A stretch of DNA of 64,000 nt from Candidatus Hadarchaeota archaeon. Its GTDB lineage: Archaea; Hadarchaeota; Hadarchaeia; Hadarchaeales; Hadarchaeaceae. This document shows, piece by piece, positions 35,322 through 45,019 of this stretch (positions are counted from its first letter, which is position 1; each line of letters starts with the position of its first letter). The notes under the pieces were generated by a model. The model worked only from the letters and a program-made list of their open reading frames with translations, did no database searches and was not told the origin of the DNA. Location: the NCBI GenBank assembly GCA_964514965.1, contig CAZETV010000001.1:30756-94755 (forward strand), read 5' to 3'. The position numbers and the translations under genes are program-made.

Positions 35322-35813
35322 ATGGACGACTTTACATTTGGATTGCTCTATGGCGTTGTAGCAATGGCCCTTGTGGGGGTCTTGTTATTCTTGTTAGGCC
35401 GAAAACTCGATCGACGGCTTTACCTGCGACCAGTACTTTATGGCTTTTTTTTCTGGGCGGGCGTCAACGTACTTTTTGTAGGAGGAATCTTCAGCTTTTT
35501 GGTAGGTGGTGCGGTTACTGGATACTTTCTCGCTCGGGAGGTTGGAGAATGGGGGAATCAATTTCGAGCGGGTGGGTTGAGCGGTACTTTAATCATTTGC
35601 AGCCTTCTCCTCGCGAACATTTTGATCCTATTCACACGAGGCGTCTCTGATATCTCAGTTAGTCCGGTTAGTCATGAGGAAGTATTATTTCTGCTGTATG
35701 GGGACATGTTAATCTATGCTTTTATGTTGTTGGCCATTGCCGGAATTGGCGCTGTGCTGGGTGGTCTGCTGCGCAAGCTCTTAAAACCTGCTGGGCAGGA
35801 ACCCCAACAATAG
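35322..35813 (+). CDS. polytopic membrane protein, hypothetical
   Basis: 163 aa with 4-5 hydrophobic helices. No family recognized. Confidence 0.4.
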   Translation: MDDFTFGLLYGVVAMALVGVLLFLLGRKLDRRLYLRPVLYGFFFWAGVNVLFVGGIFSFLVGGAVTGYFLAREVGEWGNQFRAGGLSGTLIICSLLLANILILFTRGVSDISVSPVSHEEVLFLLYGDMLIYAFMLLAIAGIGAVLGGLLRKLLKPAGQEPQQ

Positions 35814-36026
35814 CGTTTTGTTTGTAAAGAACTCCACCCGAAAACTCGGTGGGTGAATAGGGGTAGCATCAAAATAAATTGGATATACCAATAAGCTCGG
35901 CTTGAATAAGGTACTTAGTTTGAATGTTTGTTGGTGATAGGTTCTTTTGTATTGATACAAAATTTCGGCAATGCGCTTAATTTTAGAAACACAAATCATT
36001 TATCCCGAAAAATCAGACGAATTTAC

Positions 36027-36240
36027 GGTAGTGGGGTAGCTACCTGCAGCGGGGTAGAGCAGCAGTAGGCGAACTACTCTGCCCCTACGGCAGCATGGAG
36101 TGCCCGCCGGTCGTGGAAAACCACGGGCGAAGCTCATAAGGCGTCAAGCCGTGGGTTTGGCGCTCCTGCGAGACCCGGAGGTCAGTGGTTCAAGAGAGAG
36201 TGGCGTAAAACCTCTCTCGGGATTTCCACTCCCCGCTACC
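36027..36240 (+). ncRNA. candidate structured RNA (about 214 nt) in a 466-bp intergenic region; class unresolved (SRP RNA-like end pairing?). Strand uncertain.
   Basis: A GC-rich island inside AT-rich intergenic DNA. 5' GGTAGTGGGG can pair with 3' CCCCGCTACC to close a terminal helix. Internal hairpins GAGAGAG-N11-CTCTCTC (36193..36219) and CGTGG-AAAA-CCACG. No ORF is present. Confidence 0.35.
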
Positions 36241-36280
36241 TTATCTAGTCTGATTGTCTAAGTGAGTTAAGAGGCTAATT

Positions 36281-36868
36281 ATGTCTATTATCGGTTTGGT
36301 TGCGCTTACTCTGCTCTTGGGCCCATTTGGCGCTATACCGTTCGCGTTTGCTCAAGGAATGTCGACTTTTGATACTGCAATCACTGTAAGCATTATCCAC
36401 GCGACTCTCGTGCCAGTATGGTTGGGTTTTTTTGAATTTATTGGGTATAGCATGCGTTACAAAAATCGTATTATCTCCCGTGTTATGAGGTACGCAACGA
36501 CTAAATCTAAAAGGTTCAGGGTAGATATTGACAGTTACATACGAAAATTTGAGCGCCGGACGGGACAGTTCGGTTTTGCTCTCGGTGTGGTTGGATTCAC
36601 ATTTTTGGTTGGCGTCTCTTGGGCGGCTCTCTGTGCTTACATACTAAACATAAAGAAGAAGACGATCCTCGCATCCATCGCTGTCGGTGCAGTGATTTCA
36701 AGCGTTTTCTGGACCTTTGTGTTTGCTGGAATTGTGGGGGCCCTTCCTAGCCCATTGACACTTTACCTAATATTGATTGTTGCGACGTTCGCTTTCCTCG
36801 TATACAAGAAAGTTCGCGAGCGTAAACTATTACGGAAAATTTTTCATCCAGTCTTAAAAGATCGTTGA
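36281..36868 (+). CDS. small multidrug-export-like membrane protein (PF06695-like)
   Basis: 195 aa with four hydrophobic helices and a central basic loop. Resembles the 'putative small multi-drug export' family. Weak call. Confidence 0.4.
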   Translation: MSIIGLVALTLLLGPFGAIPFAFAQGMSTFDTAITVSIIHATLVPVWLGFFEFIGYSMRYKNRIISRVMRYATTKSKRFRVDIDSYIRKFERRTGQFGFALGVVGFTFLVGVSWAALCAYILNIKKKTILASIAVGAVISSVFWTFVFAGIVGALPSPLTLYLILIVATFAFLVYKKVRERKLLRKIFHPVLKDR

Positions 36869-36920
36869 TGACTTTGCGTTGGAATCAGAGGAAACCGTGT
36901 CTGTTCTCGGACTCACGTTT

Positions 36921-38060
36921 TCATTTGATTAGCCCAATTTTGTAAAGGTACTCAGCTGCTAGCACTGCACCCTTCGCTGCGCCGAGTTCGGTGTTGTGCG
37001 AGAGCACGGTGTACTGGAAGCCGTTCTCAAAAGCGTTTGCTTCTACTCCGCCGATGACCGCGACCATGCCACCTTCCAAGGTTGAATCGAACTTAGGCTG
37101 GGGCCTGTCTATCTCATTCATGATTACTATCGGTTGTTTAGGTGCGGTCGGTAATTCCAGTTTTTGTGGTTCGCCCCGATAATTTTTCCAAACTTCTTTC
37201 AGCTCATTGATAGTACATTCTTTCGTGGTCTCGATGAAAACGGACTCCGTGTGACCGTCGAGGACCGGAACACGATTACATTTGCATGCAATCTTAAATC
37301 CCGTTGGTGTTATTTTATCTTCGTTGAATTCTCCAAGGAGCTTCACCGTTTCTTTTCTGACTTTTTCTTCCTCCATGTGAATGTATGGAATGACGTTGCC
37401 CTCGAAGACACTTTGGGAAAATTCATCCAGTCCAGCCGGAAGGTCGGCCCCTTGTATCTTTCGCTGTTCGGCCCAGCTCCTGACCGCACTATACCCCGCG
37501 CCAGACACAGCCTGCATCGAAGCCATCGTCACGTGCTCAAGTCCGAATTCATCGTGCACAGGCTTCAAAGACATCACTAGGCCAATAGTCGTGCAGTTGG
37601 GCTGAGGCACGACAAATCCTTTCCAACCCCTACCTTTTTGTTGCACATCTATGATGCCGGCATGTGACTCATTCACACTCGGCAGGTATACAAAGCTGTC
37701 GTCGAAGTAGCGATAGGCTGAAGCCGTGCTGACTACCGGCTTTTCCATTGCGATGTTTCCCTCGACCCCTAGCGCCGTTTCCGACGGCAACGCTGAAAAG
37801 AACAAGCTGTTTTCTTCAGGGCGCACGTTGCTAAGATTCCGGACTATCATGTCTAAAATTTTTTTGCTGGACGCTCCTTTGCAAAACCATCTTGAATTTT
37901 CCATCCCATAATTTAGTGCATCTGCATAAGTCCTGTCAGCGGACCTTTCCGAGGCATACAATGCCGTGAGCTCAAACCACGGGTGCTTCTGAAGGTTGAG
38001 TACAAATTTCTGCCCAACCTCGCCCGTCGCGCCCAAGACAGCAACTGGTATTTTCTTCAT
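36921..38060 (-). CDS. asd: aspartate-semialdehyde dehydrogenase (archaeal type)
   Basis: N-terminal VAVLGATGEVGQ Rossmann motif, active-site Cys region (NCTTIGLV), 379 aa. Confidence 0.9.
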   Translation of the reverse strand: MKKIPVAVLGATGEVGQKFVLNLQKHPWFELTALYASERSADRTYADALNYGMENSRWFCKGASSKKILDMIVRNLSNVRPEENSLFFSALPSETALGVEGNIAMEKPVVSTASAYRYFDDSFVYLPSVNESHAGIIDVQQKGRGWKGFVVPQPNCTTIGLVMSLKPVHDEFGLEHVTMASMQAVSGAGYSAVRSWAEQRKIQGADLPAGLDEFSQSVFEGNVIPYIHMEEEKVRKETVKLLGEFNEDKITPTGFKIACKCNRVPVLDGHTESVFIETTKECTINELKEVWKNYRGEPQKLELPTAPKQPIVIMNEIDRPQPKFDSTLEGGMVAVIGGVEANAFENGFQYTVLSHNTELGAAKGAVLAAEYLYKIGLIK

Positions 38061-38288
38061 TCATTCACCTGCTCTACTGTGTTCTCAAGTCTTATTTATT
38101 TAATTTGACAAGTTGAAAAGATTTAGGTGTTTAGATGCCCCGCCGCAAGTATGGGCACATGGTCGGGCCACTTCCAGCTCCGCCTAAACCCGAAAAGTGT
38201 AGATTTTGTAGGCGGGGGTTACCTTGTCCTTTCCATAAGCAAAGAAAAACATCTCTGAGAAAAAAGTAGTGATCGTCATTTTGATTAA

Positions 38289-39344
38289 TTAAGTAGATAG
38301 TTTGCTAATTTTTGTCAGGAATTCTTCTTGTTGTGTCCACAGTTCACGTTTCAGAGTCCTGAAGTCCCTCTTGATATTTTTAGAATCATCGAGAGCACGC
38401 AATGAAACTTCCTTGATCTCTTTCAGATTAGCGCTTCTGACATCTATTACCTTATCTTTCTGACCAATGAACTCCATGAAATTGTAATTTTTGGCGTCGT
38501 AAGCAACATTTACTATTGGAACCTCGCTTCCGAATGCTAGCACTGTAGAATGCATCATCATCCCAATGACTAAATCTAGTTTACTGTAAATGAATTTCAT
38601 TTTGTATGGGTCGGGGGCTGTATCCACCACTTTGAGCGGCAATTTTTTCTTTCGCATTATCTCAACAACGTGGTGCTCATCTGGATGGTGTACTAAATAG
38701 ACGATTTCTGCGTTTAGATGTTTAATTAAAAATTTGCAAGCTTTGATGTACTCTTCAATTGTTCGGTACAAATATTCAGGATACAGCGCCCAGTAGTGGC
38801 AAGCCACGTTCACACCTATCTTTATTTTGCTTTCATCTAGGGCGATTTGACTAGTCTCTTCAGAAGCGAGAAAAATTGCGGGATCACCTATTACGTGCAC
38901 ATCGTTTACTCCTAAATCTCTCAAAAATTTACAGGTGTATCCGTCCCGAACGGAGGTGAGTTTGGCGCGCGCGTTCAATAATCGAATGCTTTCTTTTTGC
39001 TCTTGAGTCAGTTCCTTGTCTCCGAGATTTCTGATGTATCCTATTCCATAGAGCACGATTGGTATCTCTACCGATTTGATAATTTGTGCATCCATCGGGA
39101 GAAAAAATTTGGAGTATAATCCTCCTCCCCCGATTACACAAATGTCATGCTGGTTGATGGTCTCGATAAATTCGGTGGGTTGTGGTTTTTCTAATTCTTC
39201 GACTTCCCCCGGGGTATAGGTAAATGGTTTCAAACGGGAGCGTAGCATGTCTCTGATTGAATATGCTATAGCGATTTCGCCTATGTTGTAAAAATCCTCT
39301 TCTCTCCTACAAAAATGGATTATACTAGACAATGTAACTCCCAT
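38289..39344 (-). CDS. polysaccharide pyruvyl transferase (CsaB/WcaK, PF04230) family protein
   Basis: ICVIGGGGLYSKFF ... IVLYGIGY ... HV(I/V)GDPA pattern resembles the WcaK/CsaB family. Starts 19 bp downstream of dapB on the same strand. Confidence 0.5.
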   Translation of the reverse strand: MGVTLSSIIHFCRREEDFYNIGEIAIAYSIRDMLRSRLKPFTYTPGEVEELEKPQPTEFIETINQHDICVIGGGGLYSKFFLPMDAQIIKSVEIPIVLYGIGYIRNLGDKELTQEQKESIRLLNARAKLTSVRDGYTCKFLRDLGVNDVHVIGDPAIFLASEETSQIALDESKIKIGVNVACHYWALYPEYLYRTIEEYIKACKFLIKHLNAEIVYLVHHPDEHHVVEIMRKKKLPLKVVDTAPDPYKMKFIYSKLDLVIGMMMHSTVLAFGSEVPIVNVAYDAKNYNFMEFIGQKDKVIDVRSANLKEIKEVSLRALDDSKNIKRDFRTLKRELWTQQEEFLTKISKLST

Positions 39345-39362
39345 TTCACTAAGTTCATCGGA

Positions 39363-40136
39363 CTATAAACCTAGGACATCCTGCATGTCTTGCACAACGC
39401 TTGGCTTGCCGTTTTCAACGATGTAGCGGATTGCCTTCATCGCTCCTGCAGCAAACGTCTCTCGACTCTGCGCACGATGAATTATCTCGAACCGTTCCCC
39501 CGGGGTGAAGAATATCACCGTGTGTTCTCCGACAATGTCGCCTTCTCTAATCGATTTAATTTTTATTTTATCCTCGCTCCAGTTGAATTCTTTCGCGATA
39601 ATTTGCGCAGCTCTGCGTGCGGTTCCGCTGGGAGCGTCGCGCTTGTGTACATGGTGCGCTTCAACTATTTCTACTTTGTAATCGCTGCCCAACATCCTTG
39701 CAGTTTTCTCGACTGATTTGAAAAATACATTTACGCCGACAGACATGTTTGGTGAAATGACCGCTCGGATTTTCCCTTTTTTCACGGCTTCTTCCATTTC
39801 AACCAGCTGTTCTGCCGTGAAGCCGGTGGTACCCACGACCACAGAAACGCCCACTTCTGATGCGGTTTTGACGTTTTGAACTGTGGCATCTGCTTTGGTG
39901 AAGTCCATTAAGACATCTGGCTTTGACTCCTTCAGAACTTCAGCCAGTTTGTCTGCACCAACAATTTTTACGCCAAGTCCACCCACATCAGCTAGTTCCC
40001 CGGCATCCTTTCCTACATTTGGGATATCGGGGACATCGATGGCTGCAACCAACTTCATATCCGATTGTTTCGCGACTTGGCGCACAATTAGCCTGCCCAT
40101 CCGTCCGCAGGCACCGCAGACAGCAACTCGAATCAT
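39363..40136 (-). CDS. dapB: 4-hydroxy-tetrahydrodipicolinate reductase
   Basis: N-terminal IRVAVCGACGRMG, approximately 257 aa, DapB fold motifs (VVGTTGF ... HHVHKRDAPSGTA). Confidence 0.85.
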   Translation of the reverse strand: MIRVAVCGACGRMGRLIVRQVAKQSDMKLVAAIDVPDIPNVGKDAGELADVGGLGVKIVGADKLAEVLKESKPDVLMDFTKADATVQNVKTASEVGVSVVVGTTGFTAEQLVEMEEAVKKGKIRAVISPNMSVGVNVFFKSVEKTARMLGSDYKVEIVEAHHVHKRDAPSGTARRAAQIIAKEFNWSEDKIKIKSIREGDIVGEHTVIFFTPGERFEIIHRAQSRETFAAGAMKAIRYIVENGKPSVVQDMQDVLGL

Positions 40137-41017
40137 TTTACCAATCTCATGTCGACTAGAACTTTGCGCAATTTTTCTTGGTTTTCTGGCTCGAGTTCTA
40201 CTAATGGTAGCCTAGGTCCTCCAGCGGACATCCCCATCCAGTTCATGGCCATCTTGACGGGCCCTGGATTAGTTTCTATAAACAACACCTTGAACAGCGA
40301 TGTTAATTCGTCGTTAATCCGTTTGGCTGTTTCGACATCTCTGGACCTAAAAGAATCTACTATCTTAGCCACTTTATCAGGCACGATGTTTGCTGCAACC
40401 GAGATAATGCCGACCCCCCCCATTTTCATAATTTCGAGCATCAGCGAATCGTTACCAGAAATCACAACGAAATTTTCACCGCGAGTCAGTTCAATTATTC
40501 GCATGATTTGCTCTAGGTTTCCGCTTGCTTCTTTTACTCCCACGATGTTCTTCAGCTTGGCCAGTTTTGCCATGGTCTCAGGCTCCATGTTGACGCTCGT
40601 GCGCGAGGGTATATTGTAAATAACTTGAGGTATATCGACCTCCTCCGCGAGCCGCTTGTAATGCTGGTAAAGGCCCGCTTGAGTTGGCCTGTTATAATAG
40701 GGCACCACGAGTAGCGCTCCGTCCGCGCCCACTTCCTTTGCGTGTTTCGTGAGCATGATTGCTTCCCACGTGCTGTTGCTCCCAGTGCCAGCAAGCACGG
40801 GCACTTTTCCCTTTGCCGCATCGACAACGATTTCGACGACGCGGTTGTGTTCTTCGTAAGAAAGCGTTGTGCATTCACCTGTTGTCCCAACCGGCACTAA
40901 TCCGTGGATACCATTTTTGATTTGAAATTTCACATTTTCGCGAAGCCCTTCCTCGTAGATTTTTCCATCTTTATCAAAGGGCGTGACCATTGCAGTTAGG
41001 GCGCCTTCGAACATCAT
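40133..41017 (-). CDS. dapA: 4-hydroxy-tetrahydrodipicolinate synthase
   Basis: TIM-barrel DapA with GLVPVGTTGE, the active-site Lys region (VISGND), and the conserved Tyr (YYNRPTQ). Confidence 0.9.
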   Translation of the reverse strand: MMFEGALTAMVTPFDKDGKIYEEGLRENVKFQIKNGIHGLVPVGTTGECTTLSYEEHNRVVEIVVDAAKGKVPVLAGTGSNSTWEAIMLTKHAKEVGADGALLVVPYYNRPTQAGLYQHYKRLAEEVDIPQVIYNIPSRTSVNMEPETMAKLAKLKNIVGVKEASGNLEQIMRIIELTRGENFVVISGNDSLMLEIMKMGGVGIISVAANIVPDKVAKIVDSFRSRDVETAKRINDELTSLFKVLFIETNPGPVKMAMNWMGMSAGGPRLPLVELEPENQEKLRKVLVDMRLVK

Positions 41018-42243
41018 ATAACCTCCTTAATAGTCTGCCTGAGCAGCTTCAGGGCTTTCTTACGATCGTCCCAGTTGACGAAGAAGCTAATCGACGCCCG
41101 GCTTGAGAATATTTCAATGATGTTTATCCGAGCTCGCGCGAGAGGTTCCGACAATTTGGATATGGCACCCGGCGTGTAGATGAATCGTTCACTTTCCGCA
41201 ATGAGCAATGCAATGTTGTTCTCACTCGTCACTGATTTCATCTTTCTGTTTAGAATTATGCTTTTGTGCAGCAGCTCAAGTGCTCGGTGGGACTCCTCCT
41301 CCATAACGTAAATCGAGAAAGACCTTGGGCCGATTGAGATGCCGAATATGTTTATGCCCGCTTTGGTTAGGGGGGTTGCGCACTTTACAAGTATCCCTGG
41401 CGTAGTCTGCATTTCTTCGCCGACTATCGTCAGCATCGCAAGCGGTTTTTCGTGCGCTCGAACACCCACAAATTCGACCTCCTTTGGTCCTACAATAGTT
41501 GTACCCCGAACAGATAAATTACCGTATCGGAAGTGTATAACCTTGGCGTTTATGTGGGGGCTCTTATAACTCATCGCTCGGGGATGCATCACCTGCGCCC
41601 CAAAGCGTGCTAGGTCACGCATTTCTTCTACTGAGATGCGCTTGATTAACTGTGCTTCCTTGATTTTGTTGGGATCAACAGTCATAACCCCTTCGGCATC
41701 TGTGACAATAATCACCTCATCTGCGCCTAAGCATTCTCCCATTAGAAAACCCGTTATATCGCTGCCTCCGCGTCCGATCGTTGTTATATTGCCTTGATTA
41801 TCTTTGCCCAGAAAACCGCATATCACAGGGATTACACGCTTTTTCAGTAAAGGAGAAATGAATTTTTTGGTTCTAATTCTCGTCTCGGCCAAGTTCACGT
41901 TAGCAAAGCCGAAGTTGCTGTTAGTCACCACCGGCCATTCACGTTGATTAGGGTCTATATACCTTGCATTCGCCCCAAAGCTACACAATGCTGCAGCGAA
42001 TACTCGAGCACTCGTTTGCTCTCCCATCGCCATAACATCGTCGAGTTCTCGGGCGCTCACCTTGCCATCAGTGCCCGCTTTCGCTGCTTTAATTAGTTCA
42101 TCTGTTGTGTGCCCCATTGCGGACACTACTACTGCCACTTCAGTGCCTTTTTTATACTCTCGATAGACGGCTTTTGCCCCCATACGTATACGTTCGCCGT
42201 CCGCGACGCTGGTCCCCCCAAACTTGACGACAATTCGCCTCAC
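41014..42243 (-). CDS. lysC: aspartate kinase
   Basis: VVKFGGTSV N-terminus, amino-acid-kinase fold and C-terminal ACT domains. 409 aa. Confidence 0.9.
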   Translation of the reverse strand: MRRIVVKFGGTSVADGERIRMGAKAVYREYKKGTEVAVVVSAMGHTTDELIKAAKAGTDGKVSARELDDVMAMGEQTSARVFAAALCSFGANARYIDPNQREWPVVTNSNFGFANVNLAETRIRTKKFISPLLKKRVIPVICGFLGKDNQGNITTIGRGGSDITGFLMGECLGADEVIIVTDAEGVMTVDPNKIKEAQLIKRISVEEMRDLARFGAQVMHPRAMSYKSPHINAKVIHFRYGNLSVRGTTIVGPKEVEFVGVRAHEKPLAMLTIVGEEMQTTPGILVKCATPLTKAGINIFGISIGPRSFSIYVMEEESHRALELLHKSIILNRKMKSVTSENNIALLIAESERFIYTPGAISKLSEPLARARINIIEIFSSRASISFFVNWDDRKKALKLLRQTIKEVI

Positions 42244-43553
42244 TTAAGCCACCCGGGGATTTGATCGAGGCGTGTCAGGTCTTCGTAACTTTCCCTCTTC
42301 CGGATGATTTCGGTCTTGCCACGGTTGACCAAAACCATTGCCGGGCGGGGCTGAGCGGTGTGTTGGTTAGATACAGCTAAGCCATAAGCCCCAACATCGA
42401 AAATCACAGCCAGATCTCCGGGTTCGGTGGCGGGCAACTTACGTTCTTTGCCCAAGAAATCGCCAGACTCACAGAGGGGCCCAGCGATATTGAAGAGTAT
42501 CTCATTTTTTTCTCGGATTTTGTTTGCGAGTTCGATATGGTGGTATGCTCCGTAAAGAGCTGGCCTAATCAGCGCGTTCATCCCCGCGTCAACCGCCACC
42601 CATGTTGGCATCCCGGGCCGCTCCTTGGTGTAGCCGACACGTGCCAGCAGCACACTTGCGTCGGCGATTATGTACCGCCCTGGTTCAAAGACAAGTGTCG
42701 GTTTTGTGAGATTCTTTTCTTCGACGACCCGTTTGACCACAGCCACTATGCGCTCTGCTACTTGTGCGGGTTTGAGTTCTGGGTCATCGGGTTTATAGGG
42801 GATTCCGATACCGCCCCCAAAATCGACGAATTGGAGGTTGATGTTAAACCTTTTTTTAATCTCGACTACTAGAGCCATAAGTTTCTTAGCCTCTTCCTCG
42901 AAGGGCCCGGAGTCGAGGAGTTGAGAGCCGATATGGGCGTGGATGCCAACGACCTTGACGTTCTTCATCTTTGATGCGAGCTTGTATGCTTCAAGTGCCT
43001 GCCCACTCGCAACATCGAACCCAAATTTACTCTCTCGAAGCCCCGTGGCTATGTAAGGGTGAGTCGGGGCTTTCACGTCAGGGTTCACTCTAAACCCTAT
43101 CCGTGCTTTTTTTCCAATCCTTGCGGCGATTTTTTCAACCACATTAAGTTCCTGCGCACTGTCAACGTTTATCAGAACGTTGTTAATTATTGCATACTCC
43201 AGCTCCGGAGGTGATTTGTGGTTGCCGTTGAAGATTGCCCTCTCACCAGGAACGCCAACCTTCAGGGCGTTTCGGAGTTCATTACCGGAACTAATCTCCG
43301 CACCCGCATTCTCGCTCTGCAGAATTTTGCAAATCGCCAAGTTGGAGTTAGCCTTGAGGGCGTAGGAGACAAACACGTTTGGCCATCTCTCGGCAAAGGC
43401 ATGATAGAAACGCCTGTAGTTCTCGCGCACACGCTGTTCATCAACTACATATAAAGGAGTTCCAAATCGCTCGGCGAGTTCGACCGCGTCGGCACCACCA
43501 ATCACGAGATGTCCTTTGGGGTTGGTGCTGAAATGCTGTTTCAGCATTAGCAT
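42240..43553 (-). CDS. lysA: diaminopimelate decarboxylase
   Basis: PLP fold-III decarboxylase with the YALKAN Lys motif, GGGIGIPY, and the C-terminal EPGR ... CESGD motif. Confidence 0.9.
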   Translation of the reverse strand: MLMLKQHFSTNPKGHLVIGGADAVELAERFGTPLYVVDEQRVRENYRRFYHAFAERWPNVFVSYALKANSNLAICKILQSENAGAEISSGNELRNALKVGVPGERAIFNGNHKSPPELEYAIINNVLINVDSAQELNVVEKIAARIGKKARIGFRVNPDVKAPTHPYIATGLRESKFGFDVASGQALEAYKLASKMKNVKVVGIHAHIGSQLLDSGPFEEEAKKLMALVVEIKKRFNINLQFVDFGGGIGIPYKPDDPELKPAQVAERIVAVVKRVVEEKNLTKPTLVFEPGRYIIADASVLLARVGYTKERPGMPTWVAVDAGMNALIRPALYGAYHHIELANKIREKNEILFNIAGPLCESGDFLGKERKLPATEPGDLAVIFDVGAYGLAVSNQHTAQPRPAMVLVNRGKTEIIRKRESYEDLTRLDQIPGWLK

Positions 43554-44884
43554 TTTCTCTCAACCTCGCGGAGGGCTTCCCCGAAGATATCTAGGCCAAG
43601 TTCGAGTTCGTTTTGACTTATGATGAGCGGTGGGGCTATTCGAATAGTTGATTTTCCTCCCCGAAAGACGATGAGCCCTCGATTCAAGGCTCCCTGTATC
43701 ACTGCATTACGCTCTTTGATTGCTTTCTTCTTTGTCCGCCTATCTCTGACTAATTCCACCGCTAACAGCAGTCCTTTACCCCTAACTTCGCCAATCAAGC
43801 GGGATTCATCGGCGAATTCCTGTAGCCGTTTGAGCGCAAGCTCGCCTAGCTCGCCAGCTCTTTTCACGAGCTTTTGTTTTTCCAAGATATCTAACCCTTC
43901 AAGAGCTGCCGCGCAGGCTATCAGGTTGCCTCCGAAGGTCGAGGCGTGCGCTCCAGGTTCCCAATCCATGACCTTCGCGTTGGCTATTGTCGCGCCTATT
44001 GGGGCCATCCCACCAGCTAGTGCTTTCGCTACACACGAGATTTCGGGCGTTATTTTCCAATGTTCCATCGCGAACATCTTTCCAGTTCGCCCGAGACCAG
44101 TCTGGATCTCGTCGGCTATAAAGAGCCAGTCGTGTTTCTCGCACAACTCTCTCAACATTGGGTAGTATTCAGGTGGGGGGATGATGTACCCGGAGTTACC
44201 TTGAATCGGCTCGATGATGACTGCAGCAACCTCCTCAGGTGGGATTACTTGTTTTATTGATTTGCGGATGTACTCAACACATGTGAAATCGCACCCTGGG
44301 TAACTCTGACTGAATGGGCATCGGTAGCAGTAGGGGTAGGGCATGAAGCTCACGCCCGGCACTAACGGGGCAAAATAGCGATGATGAACGACGTTTACTG
44401 AGGACAGGCTCATCGCTCCGAAAGTTCGGCCATGGAATGCCCCTGTGAAAGCAATCATGCGTGGGCGGCGAGTGTGCCAGCGAGCGCATTTGAAGGCTGC
44501 TTCCACTGATTCGGCGCCACTGTTTCCGAAGTAAACGCGTTTGGCAAACTTTCCAGGAGTAATCCTCACGAGTTTTTCAGCGAGCTTCACCTGCGCCTCG
44601 TAGTAGAAATCGGTTCCGGCGAAGTGTGTGAGCTTCGTAGCCTGTTGCTCGATGGCGCGGATAAGTTGAGGGTGAGAATAACCAAAGTTGAGGACGAACA
44701 TGCCCGATGTGAGATCGAGCAGGACGTTTCCGTCCACATCCCGCACATAACAACCCCAACCTTCCTTCGCCACTATCTGCTCAGCTCGCGTGTAAGAAGG
44801 TGACATTACACGCTCATCACGTGCAACTATCCCTTTTGCTCGAGGGCCTGGAATTGGTTTTACAATCCGTGGGCCCCTTTTCAT
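43547..44884 (-). CDS. class-III (ornithine/acetylornithine/DapC-type) PLP aminotransferase
   Basis: GNSGAESVEAA ... DEIQTGLGRTGKMFAMEH ... and a KALAGG-type Lys region. First gene of the lysine cluster. Confidence 0.8.
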   Translation of the reverse strand: MKRGPRIVKPIPGPRAKGIVARDERVMSPSYTRAEQIVAKEGWGCYVRDVDGNVLLDLTSGMFVLNFGYSHPQLIRAIEQQATKLTHFAGTDFYYEAQVKLAEKLVRITPGKFAKRVYFGNSGAESVEAAFKCARWHTRRPRMIAFTGAFHGRTFGAMSLSSVNVVHHRYFAPLVPGVSFMPYPYCYRCPFSQSYPGCDFTCVEYIRKSIKQVIPPEEVAAVIIEPIQGNSGYIIPPPEYYPMLRELCEKHDWLFIADEIQTGLGRTGKMFAMEHWKITPEISCVAKALAGGMAPIGATIANAKVMDWEPGAHASTFGGNLIACAAALEGLDILEKQKLVKRAGELGELALKRLQEFADESRLIGEVRGKGLLLAVELVRDRRTKKKAIKERNAVIQGALNRGLIVFRGGKSTIRIAPPLIISQNELELGLDIFGEALREVERKC

Positions 44885-45019
44885 CCATGCTGGTTTTGAC
44901 AGACTCTCACCCTACAGTTTTACGCAAATATATCTATTTAAATAATTGCAGCGGCGTAACAAAGCAAGCTAACTAAGTTTTTTATAGCTAGCAGCGCCTT
45001 TTCCTTCAGAGGTGCACTT

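Noticed and set aside
36027-36240. Calling the structured element SRP RNA or RNase P RNA outright
   Set aside because: About 214 nt is short for archaeal SRP RNA, and I could not match the helix-8 or P4 consensus by inspection. It is kept as an unclassified candidate ncRNA only.
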